A stretch of 63,910 nucleotides of DNA, filler included, from Octopus bimaculoides (taxonomy: Eukaryota), in assembly GCF_001194135.2 (NCBI RefSeq). It is 8 parts of 8 records of this genome, joined end to end, with 100 filler letters (N's around TTAATTAATTAA, not from the genome) between each part and the next. Parts side by side here need not be neighbours in the genome. Positions count along the whole stretch, not along the records: positions 21,351 to 27,656 come from NC_068985.1; positions 27,757 to 37,075 come from NC_068988.1; positions 37,176 to 61,272 come from NC_068986.1; 5 more parts are not named here. One strand, 5' to 3'. Below the pieces are notes generated by a model. The model was not told where the DNA came from. It ran no database searches and worked only from the letters and a program-made list of their open reading frames with translations. The translations under genes and the position numbers were made by a program. Every line of letters starts with the position of its first letter. Within the stretch, counting starts at the first letter, position 1. Shown here one piece after another: positions 25,096 to 38,745 of this stretch.

Positions 25096-25446
25096 CCAAG
25101 AGAGTTAGGGGTTGTGAATCCAACCCACTAAGGGATAATATCTATCCAATATACTGCTGGGAGGGTACCCAATTATTAGTACACTAGTGTTTTTATGAAG
25201 TGCAATTAATGAGGTATGCCACCACTAGGCCGAAACAGCTGTAAGACTTTGTCTCTGCTTCGGTCACTAGATGTCCTTTTGAATTTTGAATTTTGAATTT
25301 TTAATTGTTGATATGACATAGTGTGTCATATGTGTTTGTATATTGTCTTTATTGTCCTTTTGGTTGAAAAATAAATAGGTTAATTAACATAGTACAGTGT
25401 CTGCAAGTTGATGAGTACCACATATTCCCCTCCATTTTCTTATTGC
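25093..25446 (+). mobile_element. Penelope-type terminal-repeat-like element with decayed hammerhead remnant (25207-25247)
   Basis: ..taatga ggtatgccaccactaggcc gaaa cagctg ta agac: same ACAGCTGT helix-III palindrome as at 49897-49904. Confidence 0.5.
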
Positions 25447-25502
25447 TATATATATATATATGTAAGAGAAAGAGAGTGAGAGAGAGAGAGAGAGAGAGAG
25501 GT

Positions 25503-25655
25503 GAGAAGAAGAAGAAGAAGAAGAAGAAGAAGAAGAAGAAGAAGAAGAAGAAGAAGAAGAAGAAGAAGAAGAAGAAGAAGAAGAAGAAGAAGAAGAAGAA
25601 GAAGAAGAAGAAGAAGAAGAAGAAGAAGAAGAAGAAGAAGAAGAAGAAGAAGAAG
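25503..25655. repeat. Long pure (GAA)n microsatellite (~50 units)
   Basis: Directly visible; produces the poly-K/R/L ORFs. Confidence 0.95.
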
Positions 25656-26521
25656 AGGAAAGAAAAAAGAAAGAGAGAAAGAAAAAGAAAGAAAGAAAGA
25701 AATGAGGGAGTTAAAGAAGAAATGATGTTTCGAATTAGAGGAACAAATGTAATTCAAGAGCCGCTGTCAAAAGACGGACGAAGAAAAATTGACATTAACC
25801 TGGCAGGAACTTGAGATAAGACACAAATGTCATCTCACCTCTCTTGTGTATATCTCTGCGTGAGTATTTGTGTGTGCGCGCGCGCGTGTGTGCACGCGGA
25901 TAAAGGCATGTGAAGCGAGAGAGTAGANNNNNNNNNNNNNNNNNNNNNNNNNNNNNNNNNNNNNNNNNNNNNNNNNNNNNNNNNNNNNNNNNNNNNNNNN
26001 NNNNNNNNNNNNNNNNNNNNNNNNNNNNNNNNNNNNNNNNNNNNNNNNNNNNNNNNNNNNNNNNNNNNNNNNNNNNNNNNNNNNNNNNNNNNNNNNNNNN
26101 NNNNNNNNNNNNNNNNNNNNNNNNNNNNNNNNNNNNNNNNNNNNNNNNNNNNNNNNNNNNNNNNNNNNNNNNNNNNNNNNNNNNNNNNNNNNNNNNNNNN
26201 NNNNNNNNNNNNNNNNNNNNNNNNNNNNNNNNNNNNNNNNNNNNNNNNNNNNNNNNNNNNNNNNNNNNNNNNNNNNNNNNNNNNNNNNNNNNNNNNNNNN
26301 NNNNNNNNNNNNNNNNNNNNNNNNNNNNNNNNNNNNNNNNNNNNNNNNNNNNNNNNNNNNNNNNNNNNNNNNNNNNNNNNNNNNNNNNNNNNNNNNNNNN
26401 NNNNNNNNNNNNNNNNNNNNNNNNNNNNNNNNNNNNNNNNNNNNNNNNNNNNNNNNNNNNNNNNNNNNNNNNNNNNNNNNNNNNNNNNNNNNNNNNNNNN
26501 NNNNNNNNNNNNNNNTATACA

Positions 26522-26687
26522 TGGCGCAGGTGTGGCTGTGTGGTAAGAAGCTTGCTTCCCAACCACATGGTTCCGGGTTCACTTCCACTGCATGGCACTT
26601 TGGGCAAGTGTCTTCTGCTATAGCCTCGGGCCGACCAAAGCCTTGTGAGTGTATTTGATAGACGAAAACTGAAAGAAGCTCGTCGTA
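26522..26687 (+). mobile_element. SINE family A, 5' half
   Basis: ggcgcaggtgtggctgtgtggtaagaagcttgcttcccaaccacatggttccgggttca..ccgaccaaagccttgtgag. Confidence 0.9.
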
Positions 26688-27621
26688 TATATATATATAT
26701 CTATATATATATATATATACTTGATAAGTGTAAACACCTGTATATGCCAGATAGCGGCAGAGATGAGAGAATATATCAATAAAATAACATCTCATCTAAA
26801 CCAGCATCCTGTTCTCATCTCTATATTATTTTATCTCTTATTTTATTTTATGTTTTTATTTCTTTAGTTACTTTATTCCAATTTTGCTAAATCCCATTTA
26901 TATGTGTATCTAACTTTATTATTCTTATTTTTACTTTTATTACTCTTGTTTTTACTTCTATAACTTCTATTTTTTACTTTTATTTTTTACCTTTTATCTT
27001 TTCTTTCTATCTTATACACGCCAGTTAAATATAAACTCAATCCAATCTATTTAACATTCACTCTATGCTGAATAGTAGTACAGTATGGGCAGATTTTTGA
27101 AATCCAATGAACCTTTATACAATTATACCTTTTCAAAGGGATGTGATAAACCTATTATAACGGGTAATACTACATGTACTTTTTCTTGTGTGATGTAATC
27201 TTTGGACTAACAATGGTTGCGGCTGAGGAAAGCTTTACACCATCTTTTATATCAATAATATACCTATGCTGATGTAATAACAGATTGTTTATAAAGCTTG
27301 AATCACGTGTACCGCGATATCCTTTGTGTTCTGTTTTTAATTTATGTTTGATATATATATATGAGGAAAATATGACAGGGTAGAAAATACTGAAATAATT
27401 TCATCATGAAATTATGCAATGATTAGTACCGGTTTCTGCCTTTTCAGCTTTTTCAGCTGAGAGTAAAACAAAGGTGGTTATCAGTTAAGAAGGGAACTAA
27501 AAGACTACCCAGAACGATTCCTGGTAGTCGATAACACCAGGTGTGATACACACACACACACACACTCATACACACACACGCACACACACAAACAAATATG
27601 TGTGTGTGTCTTTATATATAT

Positions 27622-27656
<35 letters not shown>

Positions 27657-30084
27657 NNNNNNNNNNNNNNNNNNNNNNNNNNNNNNNNNNNNNNNNNNNN
27701 TTAATTAATTAANNNNNNNNNNNNNNNNNNNNNNNNNNNNNNNNNNNNNNNNNNNNTATATATATATATATATTATGTATGTATGCATGCATGTGTGTGC
27801 GTTTGGGTGTGTGTTTCCACTCTGCCAAAAAATTGCTAGGGAAGTTTTGAATCTAGCACCAACGTAACTATTCATATAAATGGCCATTGTTTAATGAAAC
27901 CAAAATAAGTTTTGTTTTGCAGATTGCATAGAAAAGCATGTAAGTGATATTTTTCAAATACATCGTAAATGACTGCTCATGACTTTAGAATTATCCTAAT
28001 ATTACATTAAGGGAATAAATCTAAAACTGTAATTAATTGATTGATAATGATTAATTATAAATTTATGATTTTATGGAAATTCTCCAGTTTGATATTTTCG
28101 ATTTTCCTCTGCAAATTTTAATGAAATTTCGCAGGCTGAAATTCTGAATGGTATGCAATGACATTGATTGTGTGCTATTGTAGAGCAAATAATTTTCCGA
28201 CCAGTTGAGTAAAAATCAATTAGTGGATTTCGTGTCTAGATCGTTTGCTGTGACAGGACAGGTGTTTACTCTCTGCTCAGTGAATTCAGATTAAAATTTT
28301 GTAAATGTGCATTAAAGAAACGACGGCCTATGTATTTTTAAAAATCTCAGTAGGTGTAATCAAGTATCGATTTAACGATCTATGGGGAACTGCAAAAATG
28401 GTACATATAGCCTCAAAAATAATCTTGTGAACATGTAACCCATAGTAGAATCTAATTGTCGATCTCATTTACATAAACGAAATTTACAAACTACGCTTCA
28501 CATACAAGATCTATGCCAGTGACTTTGGGTAATGATTCATGCATTCTCTTATCAGAAAAGGAGACTAGTTTAGCAGAAAGTTAATGAACATTTGATGTAT
28601 AATACAAGTTGTGAGTGCTGCATTTTCACCACGAAATTTAGCTTCCATCCAATGGAATTCATATTTGAAAAAAAACATTAGCTAATTTAGCATGCTATTG
28701 CGTAAATGCATATAAAAATTAAGAGAAAACTAAAACGAATCCATAATGACTTCATCACAAATTTCAAATTTTGTAAACTATTTAACCGTCAAAACAACGT
28801 TAACAAGTTTTCCGACGAAATAATGGAAGCGTTATCACAGCTTCCTTCTGCTGAAGACATTTTGTCGACTTCACAGGCCAAGTTTGAATTCTGTGAACTA
28901 GGAAATCAATATCTGAATAATCCTTCATCGTCTATAGCACGGAAGAACGGGATATGCGTCAAGTTAAATATTATATTACTTGGGTAATATCAGATACTGA
29001 ATACTCATCAAGCAAGCTACAGCTTTGGTCAAAAAGACTGTGATCTATAGATCATATAGTGAAATGTATGTAGTTAACTAAAATTATTGGGATTTAATAC
29101 ATTAGTCTGCATGTAGATCTAGACAAAATGTAAGTGGAAATATTTAGCTAGATACATTATATCATTCGCAAAATACGAACACTTGGCGGAATAACAGCTC
29201 AAAAGCGAGTATGCATTAGACCCAACGTTCTATCTCATGTGTAATACTGAAACATAATTGAATCTGTCTATAAAATTCTGTTTAAAACTTTTATTCCGGA
29301 CACAACATACGGTTATAAAATCCTTCATGCTATTGTAGAAATCAGTGAATTTTTTTCTCAAAATTAACTTTCATAACAAGCCTTTTATGTAGAGAAATTT
29401 ATAGAGTGCGTTTCAGAAAACAATAAGAAAGACCTTTTATTGGCGTTAACAAAATCATATTTGTGCAGTGAAGGTTATGTAGGGTATTCGGACCCACCTA
29501 AGTTAAAACACTGATAAACTACTAACAGGATGTCCGAAGATATGGAGAAAGTTAAAGGGGGAAACTTCAGACGGAAACGTTTAAAGGATATCTATATATG
29601 CACAACAGAAATGTAGTCGGTATACCAGCTAGATTAGACACATGATCATTTCTTACTATATCACGAATATATGAATGAACGTATTTATGAAGACTGGCTG
29701 TACACCAGAACAAATGTGCAATGTTTATTATTTTTTTAAATCAAATGCTTCATGTATATTTTGTAATATTGTGAGGAAAACATATTGTGTTGTCGGAAGG
29801 AAATTGTATACTCCAATTTTCAAAGAAAATGGAAAGGATTTCAAAGAATAAGTTAACCGTTATCTATAACTGAATGGCCAAAGGAATGTGAATTTCTTAA
29901 AGATATTTTCTTTGATCTCTTGTACAGCTACCGTGTTAAGCATAATATTGCCAACAAATGTTCACTGTTCAAATCTCGCATGGCACCATAAAAATATGAC
30001 AACCGCTTACCGAAGATAAAACCAGGAAACAATTCAGTTCCTTAATTCTTCTATTGTACACATGTACATATAAATATGTGTGGA

Positions 30085-30255
30085 GCCACATGACTTAGTG
30101 ATTCAGGGTGTTGTACTCATGATTGTAACATTGTTGTTTGGATTCTTGAACAGACAATTTTTCTTCTTGAGCAAAACACTTTAACGTTGCTCCTGTCCAT
30201 TCCACCAGGGAAAATGAGCAATGGACTGGCGATGGACTGGCGTCCTGACCAAGGT
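30085..30255 (+). mobile_element. SINE family C (degenerate)
   Basis: acatgacttagtgattcaggg head and ttgagcaaaacacttt..gttgctcc middle. Confidence 0.5.
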
Positions 30256-30417
30256 CAATGCATAGGCTATACAGACCTCATGAGAGCATGGGCCAGGAGG
30301 ACCTTTAATTCATTGCGATGGACTGAGATATGCTTACATATTTACATACATAAATACACACATACACTCACACACACAGAGCACACACACACACACTTGC
30401 CCACTCATATATATGTA

Positions 30418-30530
30418 TACGACGTGTTACTTTCAGTTTCCGTCTACCAAATCCAATCACAAGTCCTTGATCAGTGGGACTGAACGCGGAACAATTTGAT
30501 TGAAAAGCAATCTTCTTACCGCACATCTCC
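30418..30530 (-). mobile_element. SINE family A head (degenerate, deleted)
   Basis: tttcagtttccgtctaccaaatcca..agtgggactgaac..ttcttacc. Confidence 0.65.
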
Positions 30531-30533
30531 TGA

Positions 30534-30573
<40 letters not shown>

Positions 30574-31059
30574 NNNNNNNNNNNNNNNNNNNNNNNNNNN
30601 NNNNNNNNNNNNNNNNNNNNNNNNNNNNNNNNNNNNNNNNNNNNNNNNNNNNNNNNNNNNNNNNNNNNNNNNNNNNNNNNNNNNNNNNNNNNNNNNNNNN
30701 NNNNNNNNNNNNNNNNNNNNNNNNNNNNNNNNNNNNNNNNNNNNNNNNNNNNNNNNNNNNNNNNNNNNNNNNNNNNNNNNNNNNNNNNNNNNNNNNNNNN
30801 NNNNNNNNNNNNNNNNNNNNNNNNNNNNNNNNNNNNNNNNNNNNNNNNNNNNNNNNNNNNNNNNNNNNNNNNNNNNNNNNNNNNNNNNNNNNNNNNNNNN
30901 NNNNNNNNNNNNNNNNNNNNNNNNNNNNNNNNNNNNNNNNNNNNNNNNNNNNNNNNNNNNNNNNNNNNNNNNNNNNNNNNNNNNNNNNNNNNNNNNNNNN
31001 NNNNNNNNNNNNNNNNNNNNNNNNNATATATGTATGTATGTATATATATGTATGTATAA

Positions 31060-31097
<38 letters not shown>

Positions 31098-31536
31098 GGC
31101 AAGAAACCGATACTGCAGAGAAGGTGAAACAGCGGGAGAAACAGAGTGAGTGAGAGGTTCTCTAGCATCATTTTCAACCACATTCGATTCCATATCTACA
31201 AGTCACTGCACTAGCATAATTTCGCTCTCCTTCACAGAATTTTTCTCGCCAATTTCCTCATTATATTACTTTCTCTCTCATTTGCTCTATCCTTCTACAG
31301 CTCATTCTCACCCATTTCCCACACTAACTTTTAACTTGTTTCTGCATAAATTACTTAAATTGGAAATTTGCCAAACGTTTTAACTCGAATTTTAACAATG
31401 GTATCAAAGAGACCCATTGAAGAATAGTTGCGAAACCAATAAAATTCATTAGGATAGTTTCTGCCTTAAAGAACTCGCGCAATCTGATTCCCTGATGTCT
31501 GCAGGATTAAATTGTGTCAAATGCATACAAAAGGAA

Positions 31537-31655
<119 letters not shown>

Positions 31656-32540
31656 TGTGTTATTGTTTTTATTGTTAGCGTATTTGTTTTTGTCAATAAT
31701 GCTAGTATTGCACTTGTTTGTACGTCGCCGTTGATGCAGTTGTTCTTTTTCCTCCTCCACCTTCTTCTGCCTCCTTTCCCTTCTCCTCCCCTCCTCTTCC
31801 TCCTTCTTCTTTTCCTCGCTACTGTTGGTTGTTGTTATATCAGTTAGTCTTAATGTCCTTCTAAATATACTGCTATCATTAATGCACTTTTTTCTTGTTT
31901 GTTTTTGTTGTTATCATTCCCAATTTCTTCAGTTTTCGGTTTTTCTATTTTCATTTCTTTGAAACTTCAAACTTATTATGATTTCCCTGATAATTCTTTT
32001 TGCGGCACGCGTCTAACAAAAACGGAAAGTGCATCAGCGACGGCAAAAGTTACATCATAATTATATGTGTGTGTGTTTTTTGTGTGCGAATGTGCGAGTA
32101 TGCATGCGTATATATATATATATATNNNNNNNNNNNNNNNNNNNNNNNNNNNNNNNNNNNNNNNNNNNNNNNNNNNNNNNNNNNNNNNNNNNNNNNNNNN
32201 NNNNNNNNNNNNNNNNNNNNNNNNNNNNNNNNNNNNNNNNNNNNNNNNNNNNNNNNNNNNNNNNNNNNNNNNNNNNNNNNNNNNNNNNNNNNNNNNNNNN
32301 NNNNNNNNNNNNNNNNNNNNNNNNNNNNNNNNNNNNNNNNNNNNNNNNNNNNNNNNNNNNNNNNNNNNNNNNNNNNNNNNNNNNNNNNNNNNNNNNNNNN
32401 NNNNNNNNNNNNNNNNNNNNNNNNNNNNNNNNNNNNNNNNNNNNNNNNNNNNNNNNNNNNNNNNNNNNNNNNNNNNNNNNNNNNNNNNNNNNNNNNNNNN
32501 NNNNNNNNNNNNNNNNNNNNNNNNNNNNNNNNNNNNNNNN

Positions 32541-32695
32541 CTCCAGTACGCAACTGGTACCTAATTAATCAACCCCGAAAGGTTGAAAGGCAAAGTTGGC
32601 CACTGCGGAATTTGAACTCAGAACATAAACAAAGACGAAATACCGCTAAGTATTTTGCGCGGCGTGCTAACGCTAGTACCAGCTCGTCGCTTTGC
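32541..32695 (-). mobile_element. tRNA-derived SINE family B
   Basis: Minus-strand head with B-box GAGTTCAAATTCC; body gaaaggcaaag..aactggtac shared with eight other copies. Confidence 0.85.
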
Positions 32696-34049
32696 TGAAA
32701 TATAATATTAAAACGAGAAAATCTAAACTTTAGATGTAATAAAGTAATCTATTCTTCATAGACAACCTTTTAATTCAGCATATGTGAAATACTGTAGATT
32801 CCTTGCGGTCGAATCGTTAGAGTCCTGGACAAATTTGATCGCAGAATTCCTGTAGCTCCTTGCAAATTCTGCATTCAAATTGCGCCGCGGATTCATTTGC
32901 AATTTTGTTACCTTCTAAGCTTATAAAATAAATTAAGTGTTGATATGACTTCAGAACGAATATTATGCAACGTTTGAAGCCAAAGAAATGAAAGAAAATT
33001 TTGTGTAGAGAGAAAAGGTTATTCAAGAGAATATGAAACGACTAACAAGAATACCAATGAGAGAAAACAAAGACAAAGACAAAAACAAACAAAAAAAACA
33101 GCCATATGTATGTTTGCAAGCATCAGGAGCAAAAGCAACACAGATAACAATGTGCTTCCTGGAGCTCATCAAGTTAAAGGTGATGGTGACGAGTACAACA
33201 AGGGCAAAGGGTTATAATTAAAGAGAGGGTTTGGAAGGGGTGGAGGAGGAAGGGGATATTGATGGTGGGTATGGTTATGATGATCCTGGTGATGATGATG
33301 ATGATGATAATGATGATCAACATCGTCGACATCGTCGTCACCGTATTCATCGCTATCATCAATATGAATATTATGACCATAATCATCATCAAATAGTTTC
33401 CTACCCTCCGCCTAATCACATTCAGTATCCTCATTATCGTCGTAGTCGTCATCGTCATCAGTATCACCACCACCACCACCGCTACCATCATCATCATCCT
33501 GTGCATCTTCCTCTCCGTCTTACCCATCATCAAGTTGGTCATCATTAACATTATCACAAACAGCTTCAGCAGAAACGTCGCCCCACCCCCAGTATCAAGT
33601 AATGCAAAGTGGCAGCGCTTACACGGTTCCACGGCCTTGTAGATATAATAACACCACCTAATTTCATCCATTTACCTAACATTTGACCATCTTAAAGATA
33701 TATGTACACATTAGATTGAATAATGTAAAATCTTCACATACAGTGACTAAATATATTCAGTGATATTACCTGCCGATATGCTCTTGATCATAAAGGTATT
33801 TAACCAATCCTGAAATTAGTGTATGTAAAAACCGAAATATAATTAACCACAGAGTCATTCTAAACGGCTTTGGCAACAATAGTTAACACCGACGTAATAA
33901 AGAACTAGAAAAACCATAGCAACAACGATCAATACGAGCGAAGTAATAAACTCAACAACAGACGTATAGTCAAGTATTAGAACAACAGATACGCAAAAGC
34001 CAGAATAATCATGAGTACGAAGGAAGGAAAACGATGTTCAAACCACTGC

Positions 34050-34919
34050 GATGGTTCTCTGTTACCAAGCTAGAGCAATAAGAAAAAATCGTTGGTACAC
34101 AGAAGCAGAGACAAAGGGTTTCACATTCGTGGCACAAGTTCAAATCTTACTGACCAAAAACTACCAAGCTAACTTTCTCCTAGACAGTTCTAACCCTAAA
34201 TACAGATTCTGCGACACATTTAACGAAACAATAGACCATCTTTTCTACGGATACTCTGTTCTGGCACCATACGAATGCCAAAAGCGCCATGATAGAATAG
34301 AGCAGTATTTACAGTGAAAAATATTTAAATACTACAAAATCAGCATTCCCGCTTGCTGGTATGGTCATAATCTTGAGCCAGTCGCTGAATGTAAAAGTGT
34401 TACTATTCTCTGAGATTTTCCGGTCGATAGTGGTAGAATGATCCAGGCTAATCGACCAGACATACTTATTAAAGAAAAGGAAGAAAATACTTGTGGACTA
34501 ATAAATATAAGTGTTCCCACTGATAAAAATATATCTTTAACGGAATTTGTTAAATGAAATCTATATAAGGATCTAGAAAGATGTGGCATGCTCAAGCGAG
34601 AACTCTTCCTGTTATTGTAGGTGCCCTGAGTATGATAGAAAGGGATATCAGAAACATCTAGATGAGTTCCCATCAGAACCACGTTTCAGAAAAATCCAAG
34701 ACATTCCGCTGGTAAGTGCTGCCCATATCCTTGGAAAAAGCTTATGCATTTAAATGTCTGTATTGTATCACATGAAGATATTTTGCTTTTGCCTCTGCCA
34801 CTCCCCTTCCCCATGGTTTTAATCCTGCTGTAACATCTCTTATCCTTCACTCGCCGCAGGACACTGGGTGTGTCTCGGCATGTGACTGTAACAAACATGC
34901 AAATTACACAGTAAAAGTA

Positions 34920-34920
<1 letters not shown>
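34050..34920 (+). mobile_element. Degenerate R4/Dong-like (RLE) non-LTR retrotransposon 3' portion
   Basis: ETKGFTFVAQ..TKNYQ..RFC..ETIDHL..KRHD..WY.H..ANRPDILIK..VP.DKN..VIVGAL (decayed zinc knuckle plus PD-(D/E)xK nuclease) with stops; 3' end runs into (AAT)n. Confidence 0.85.
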
Positions 34921-34962
<42 letters not shown>

Positions 34963-35695
34963 TGAAGGAGAAGAAGAAGAAGAAGAAGATGGAGAAGAAG
35001 AAAGTAAAGAACATGGAGAAGAAGTAGGAGAAGGAAAATGCAGTAACCTATCATCCTACTACGACCGACATTAACAATAATATTGGCGAACTTCATTGAG
35101 AATGCAGCACCAATAACCGTAGAGGCATAAAATATTTTCTGTCTGCATGAAAACAATTGTGTGCAGAAAGGGCATTCGTCTCGTTGGAGGAGATTTCTTT
35201 ACAAGAGGCTGTCTGAAACAAACAATATGACAATGTTGTATAGCGTTTTACGAAACATCTGTCACGTAACTCTAATAATAGTAACAGTATCATATACAAT
35301 ACGAACAATGGAAAAGAATAACGACAATAGAAGCAACACCAACAATAACTACTGTAATAATACCAACGCAAAATTTACAGTCAAAATATCAGTAACTACA
35401 CCAGCGACATTTAAATCCTATACAATGGCGAGCGACAGTATTGGAAACAGCGGATGGCTAGCGGTTTGTGTTATGGTGTACTACGTCGTCACTGCCGGAG
35501 TTGTCGTCGTCATCTTCATCATCATCATCATCATCCTCATCACCAGCACCAGCACCACCACCAGCACCACCACCAGCACCACCACCAGCACCTATCATCA
35601 TCATCACCATCATAATCATAATTATCATCGTCACTGTCGTCGTGTTCGTCGTCGTTATCATCATCATCATTATAGTTCCTCTACTTTTCTTCTAC

Positions 35696-35767
<72 letters not shown>

Positions 35768-35771
<4 letters not shown>

Positions 35772-35980
35772 TAGTTGTATTTTTATAGCGTGCTTTCACT
35801 TCACTACCGAGCGCATCACTTTGTGCCTTGGGTATGTGCTGTGGTTTGCTGTTATGCTCTTATGATTACTGTATTGAAAGTGTTTTGCGTAGGATGTGTG
35901 CAGTGCCCAGTAGTGCAATTTTCTGTATGTTATATATATTTGTACGTCCTGGTGTTTTGTTATGTATTTGTCTGAATATT
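35768..35980 (-). mobile_element. 5'-truncated RLE LINE 3' end inside a (TAA)n tract
   Basis: Minus strand ..YNIQKIALLGTAHILRKTLSIQ* plus 3' UTR; near-identical to 60987-61200; (TTA)n on both sides. Confidence 0.85.
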
Positions 35981-35991
35981 TATTATTATTA

Positions 35992-36102
<111 letters not shown>

Positions 36103-36550
36103 ATGCTTTCCAAAATGATATGTATTTCATAAATTTTAATGCTTGGATTTCAATTCATAACGAAATACGTAGAAAGTTAGATTTTTCTGCCGACGTCTTT
36201 TATTTTTTTTCCATTCAAAGATATTTAAAAAAACATGGTGTATTTCACTGTATGACAAGATCCGCCCACAAGTCAGAGAAAAACAATGTTGACATTCAAC
36301 CAGGAAAGAAAAAAAAGCAATAAACAATTAACAAACATAAAAAGCAAACATAAAATTAAATTAGACAAACGAAAAATAATTACTTTCAAACACACAACAA
36401 GACGAAAATAATTTGTGCGACAAATGAAACGTTAACAACAGCGGTACTGGGAAAATAGTTTCTGATTTACGCACAAAAGATGAAAACTAAATGAATTTGT
36501 TAAGTATCAAGTGGTGTTACGGCAGAATCGCTACGCCCATGATGATGATG

Positions 36551-36602
<52 letters not shown>

Positions 36603-36630
36603 TAATAATAATAATATTAACAATAATAAC

Positions 36631-36686
<56 letters not shown>

Positions 36687-36702
36687 TAATAATAATAATA
36701 AT

Positions 36703-37075
36703 AAACTAAATGCGAAACAAATAGAAAGAGAAAAATCCCAGCAATGGCTGAGAAGCTCAGGACTCTAAGCAGAGACTGAAGGATTTTTAATTGCTGCACA
36801 AGACCAGAGCCTCCCCACCAGAGATTACCAAAAACACATAATGGAAAGAAATATAACAAGTAACTGTAGAATATGTGGAGATCGACAAGAAACAATAAAT
36901 CATATTATCTCTGGCTGCCCAGTCCTGGCTAAGACGGAATATATTCACAGACACGACAGAGCTGGGACCTATATACACTGGAAGCTATGCCAACACTATG
37001 GAATAATAACAGAAAAAAGATGGTATAAACACACGCCAGAAAAGGTCACAGACAACGAGAAAGCAACCATACTCT
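36703..37075 (+). mobile_element. 5'-truncated RLE LINE (R4/Dong-like), zinc-knuckle region
   Basis: SQQWLRSSGL..GFLIAAQDQSLPTR..CRICGDRQETINHIISGCPVLAKTEYIHRHDRAGTYIHWKLCQHY..WYKHTPEKV; starts right after (AAT)n; ends at a gap. Confidence 0.9.
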
Positions 37076-37580
37076 NNNNNNNNNNNNNNNNNNNNNNNNN
37101 NNNNNNNNNNNNNNNNNNNTTAATTAATTAANNNNNNNNNNNNNNNNNNNNNNNNNNNNNNNNNNNNNNNNNNNNCTATCTATCTATCTATCTTTCTATC
37201 TATCTATCTATCTATCTATCTTCAATCCCTCTCTCATTCTCCCTCCACAATCTCCCACATTTTCCCCCAATATCCCATTCTCAAATCTCTCTTTTTACCT
37301 ATTTCAACTGAACATCTACAACCAGGATGTTTGTTTTAAGTATTACTTTCCTGTTTCTTTCATAGTGCTGTTATCGATGATATTTCTTTTCTTGTTTAGC
37401 TACGGTTCTTGTGTTCGTGTATTCTCCTGTTTTTGCTATTGGTGTAGCAGTAGTTGTGGTTGTTGATGCGGGTCAAACCTAATTGAGCAAACCGGCTCCA
37501 CCTTCCCAAGAAAAGATGAAGAGTTCGTGGGATCTGAACTCAGAACGAATGTCATAATAATAATAATAATAATAATAATA

Positions 37581-38523
37581 ATCCCTTCTACTATAGGTAC
37601 AAGGCCTGAAATTTTGGGGAGGGTAAAAATCGATTACATTGACCCCAGTACNNNNNNNNNNNNNNNNNNNNNNNNNNNNNNNNNNNNNNNNNNNNNNNNN
37701 NNNNNNNNNNNNNNNNNNNNNNNNNNNNNNNNNNNNNNNNNNNNNNNNNNNNNNNNNNNNNNNNNNNNNNNNNNNNNNNNNNNNNNNNNNNNNNNNNNNN
37801 NNNNNNNNNNNNNNNNNNNNNNNNNNNNNNNNNNNNNNNNNNNNNNNNNNNNNNNNNNNNNNNNNNNNNNNNNNNNNNNNNNNNNNNNNNNNNNNNNNNN
37901 NNNNNNNNNNNNNNNNNNNNNNNNNNNNNNNNNNNNNNNNNNNNNNNNNNNNNNNNNNNNNNNNNNNNNNNNNNNNNNNNNNNNNNNNNNNNNNNNNNNN
38001 NNNNNNNNNNNNNGTCGACCTTGGCGAAATTTGAACTCAGAACGTAGCGACTGACAAAATACCGCTAAGCATTTCGTCCAGCGCGCTAACGATTCTTATT
38101 TCTTTATTGCCCACAAGGGGCTAAACATAGAGGGGACAAACAATGACAGACAAAGGGGTTAAGTCGATTACATCGACTCCAGTGCGTAACTGGTACTTAT
38201 TTTATCGACCCCGAAAGGATGAAAGTCAAAGTCGACCTTGGCGAAATTTGAACTCAGAACGTAGCGACTGACAAAATACCGCTAAGCATTTCGCCCGGCG
38301 TCCTAACGATTCTGCCAGCTCGCCGCCTTAAACTTTTTTTTTGTATAGGCATATATCCTGAAATTTTGGGGTAGGAGGATAGTCGATTATATTAATCCCA
38401 GTATTTATTTTATCCGAGACTTATTTTATCGACACAGAAAGAATAAAAGGCAAAGTCAGCTTCGGCTGAATTTGAACGTAGAAAGTGAAGATGGACGAAA
38501 TGCTGTTGAGCATTTTGCCCGGC
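37581..38523 (-). mobile_element. Cluster of three to four SINE family B copies (37581-38097 across a gap, 38104-38329, 38345-38523)
   Basis: Repeated gtcgaccttggcgaaatttgaactcagaacg..ccgctaagcatttcg motifs; different 3' tails between copies. Confidence 0.85.
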
Positions 38524-38569
38524 AACATTTATATGATTTAGTGTATATCTATACGTAGTGGATATGCGT

Positions 38570-38745
38570 GACTTGGTCGTTATGGATTTGGACTCATGAT
38601 CGTAAGATTTTGGTTTTGATTTCTGGGCCAGGCGATGCGTTACGTTCTTGAACAAGACACTTCATTTCACGTTGCTTCAATTGACTCAACTGGCAAAAGA
38701 GAGTATTCCTGCGACGGACCGGCGTCCGTCCAGTCAGGTGGCAGA
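38570..38745 (+). mobile_element. SINE family C
   Basis: ggactcatgatcgtaag..gttcttgaacaagacacttcatttcacgttgct. Confidence 0.55.

Noticed and set aside
28706-28987. 93-aa non-repetitive ORF, and an SDIDFLV (nucleotidyltransferase-like) peptide on the opposite strand
   Set aside because: No upstream GS motif or family context and no convincing splice-site pair; probably chance.
33231-33548. His/Asp/Arg-rich ORF resembling a low-complexity protein
   Set aside because: Built from degenerate CAT/GAT/CAC trinucleotide repeats like those at about 35490-35690 and 52290-52540.
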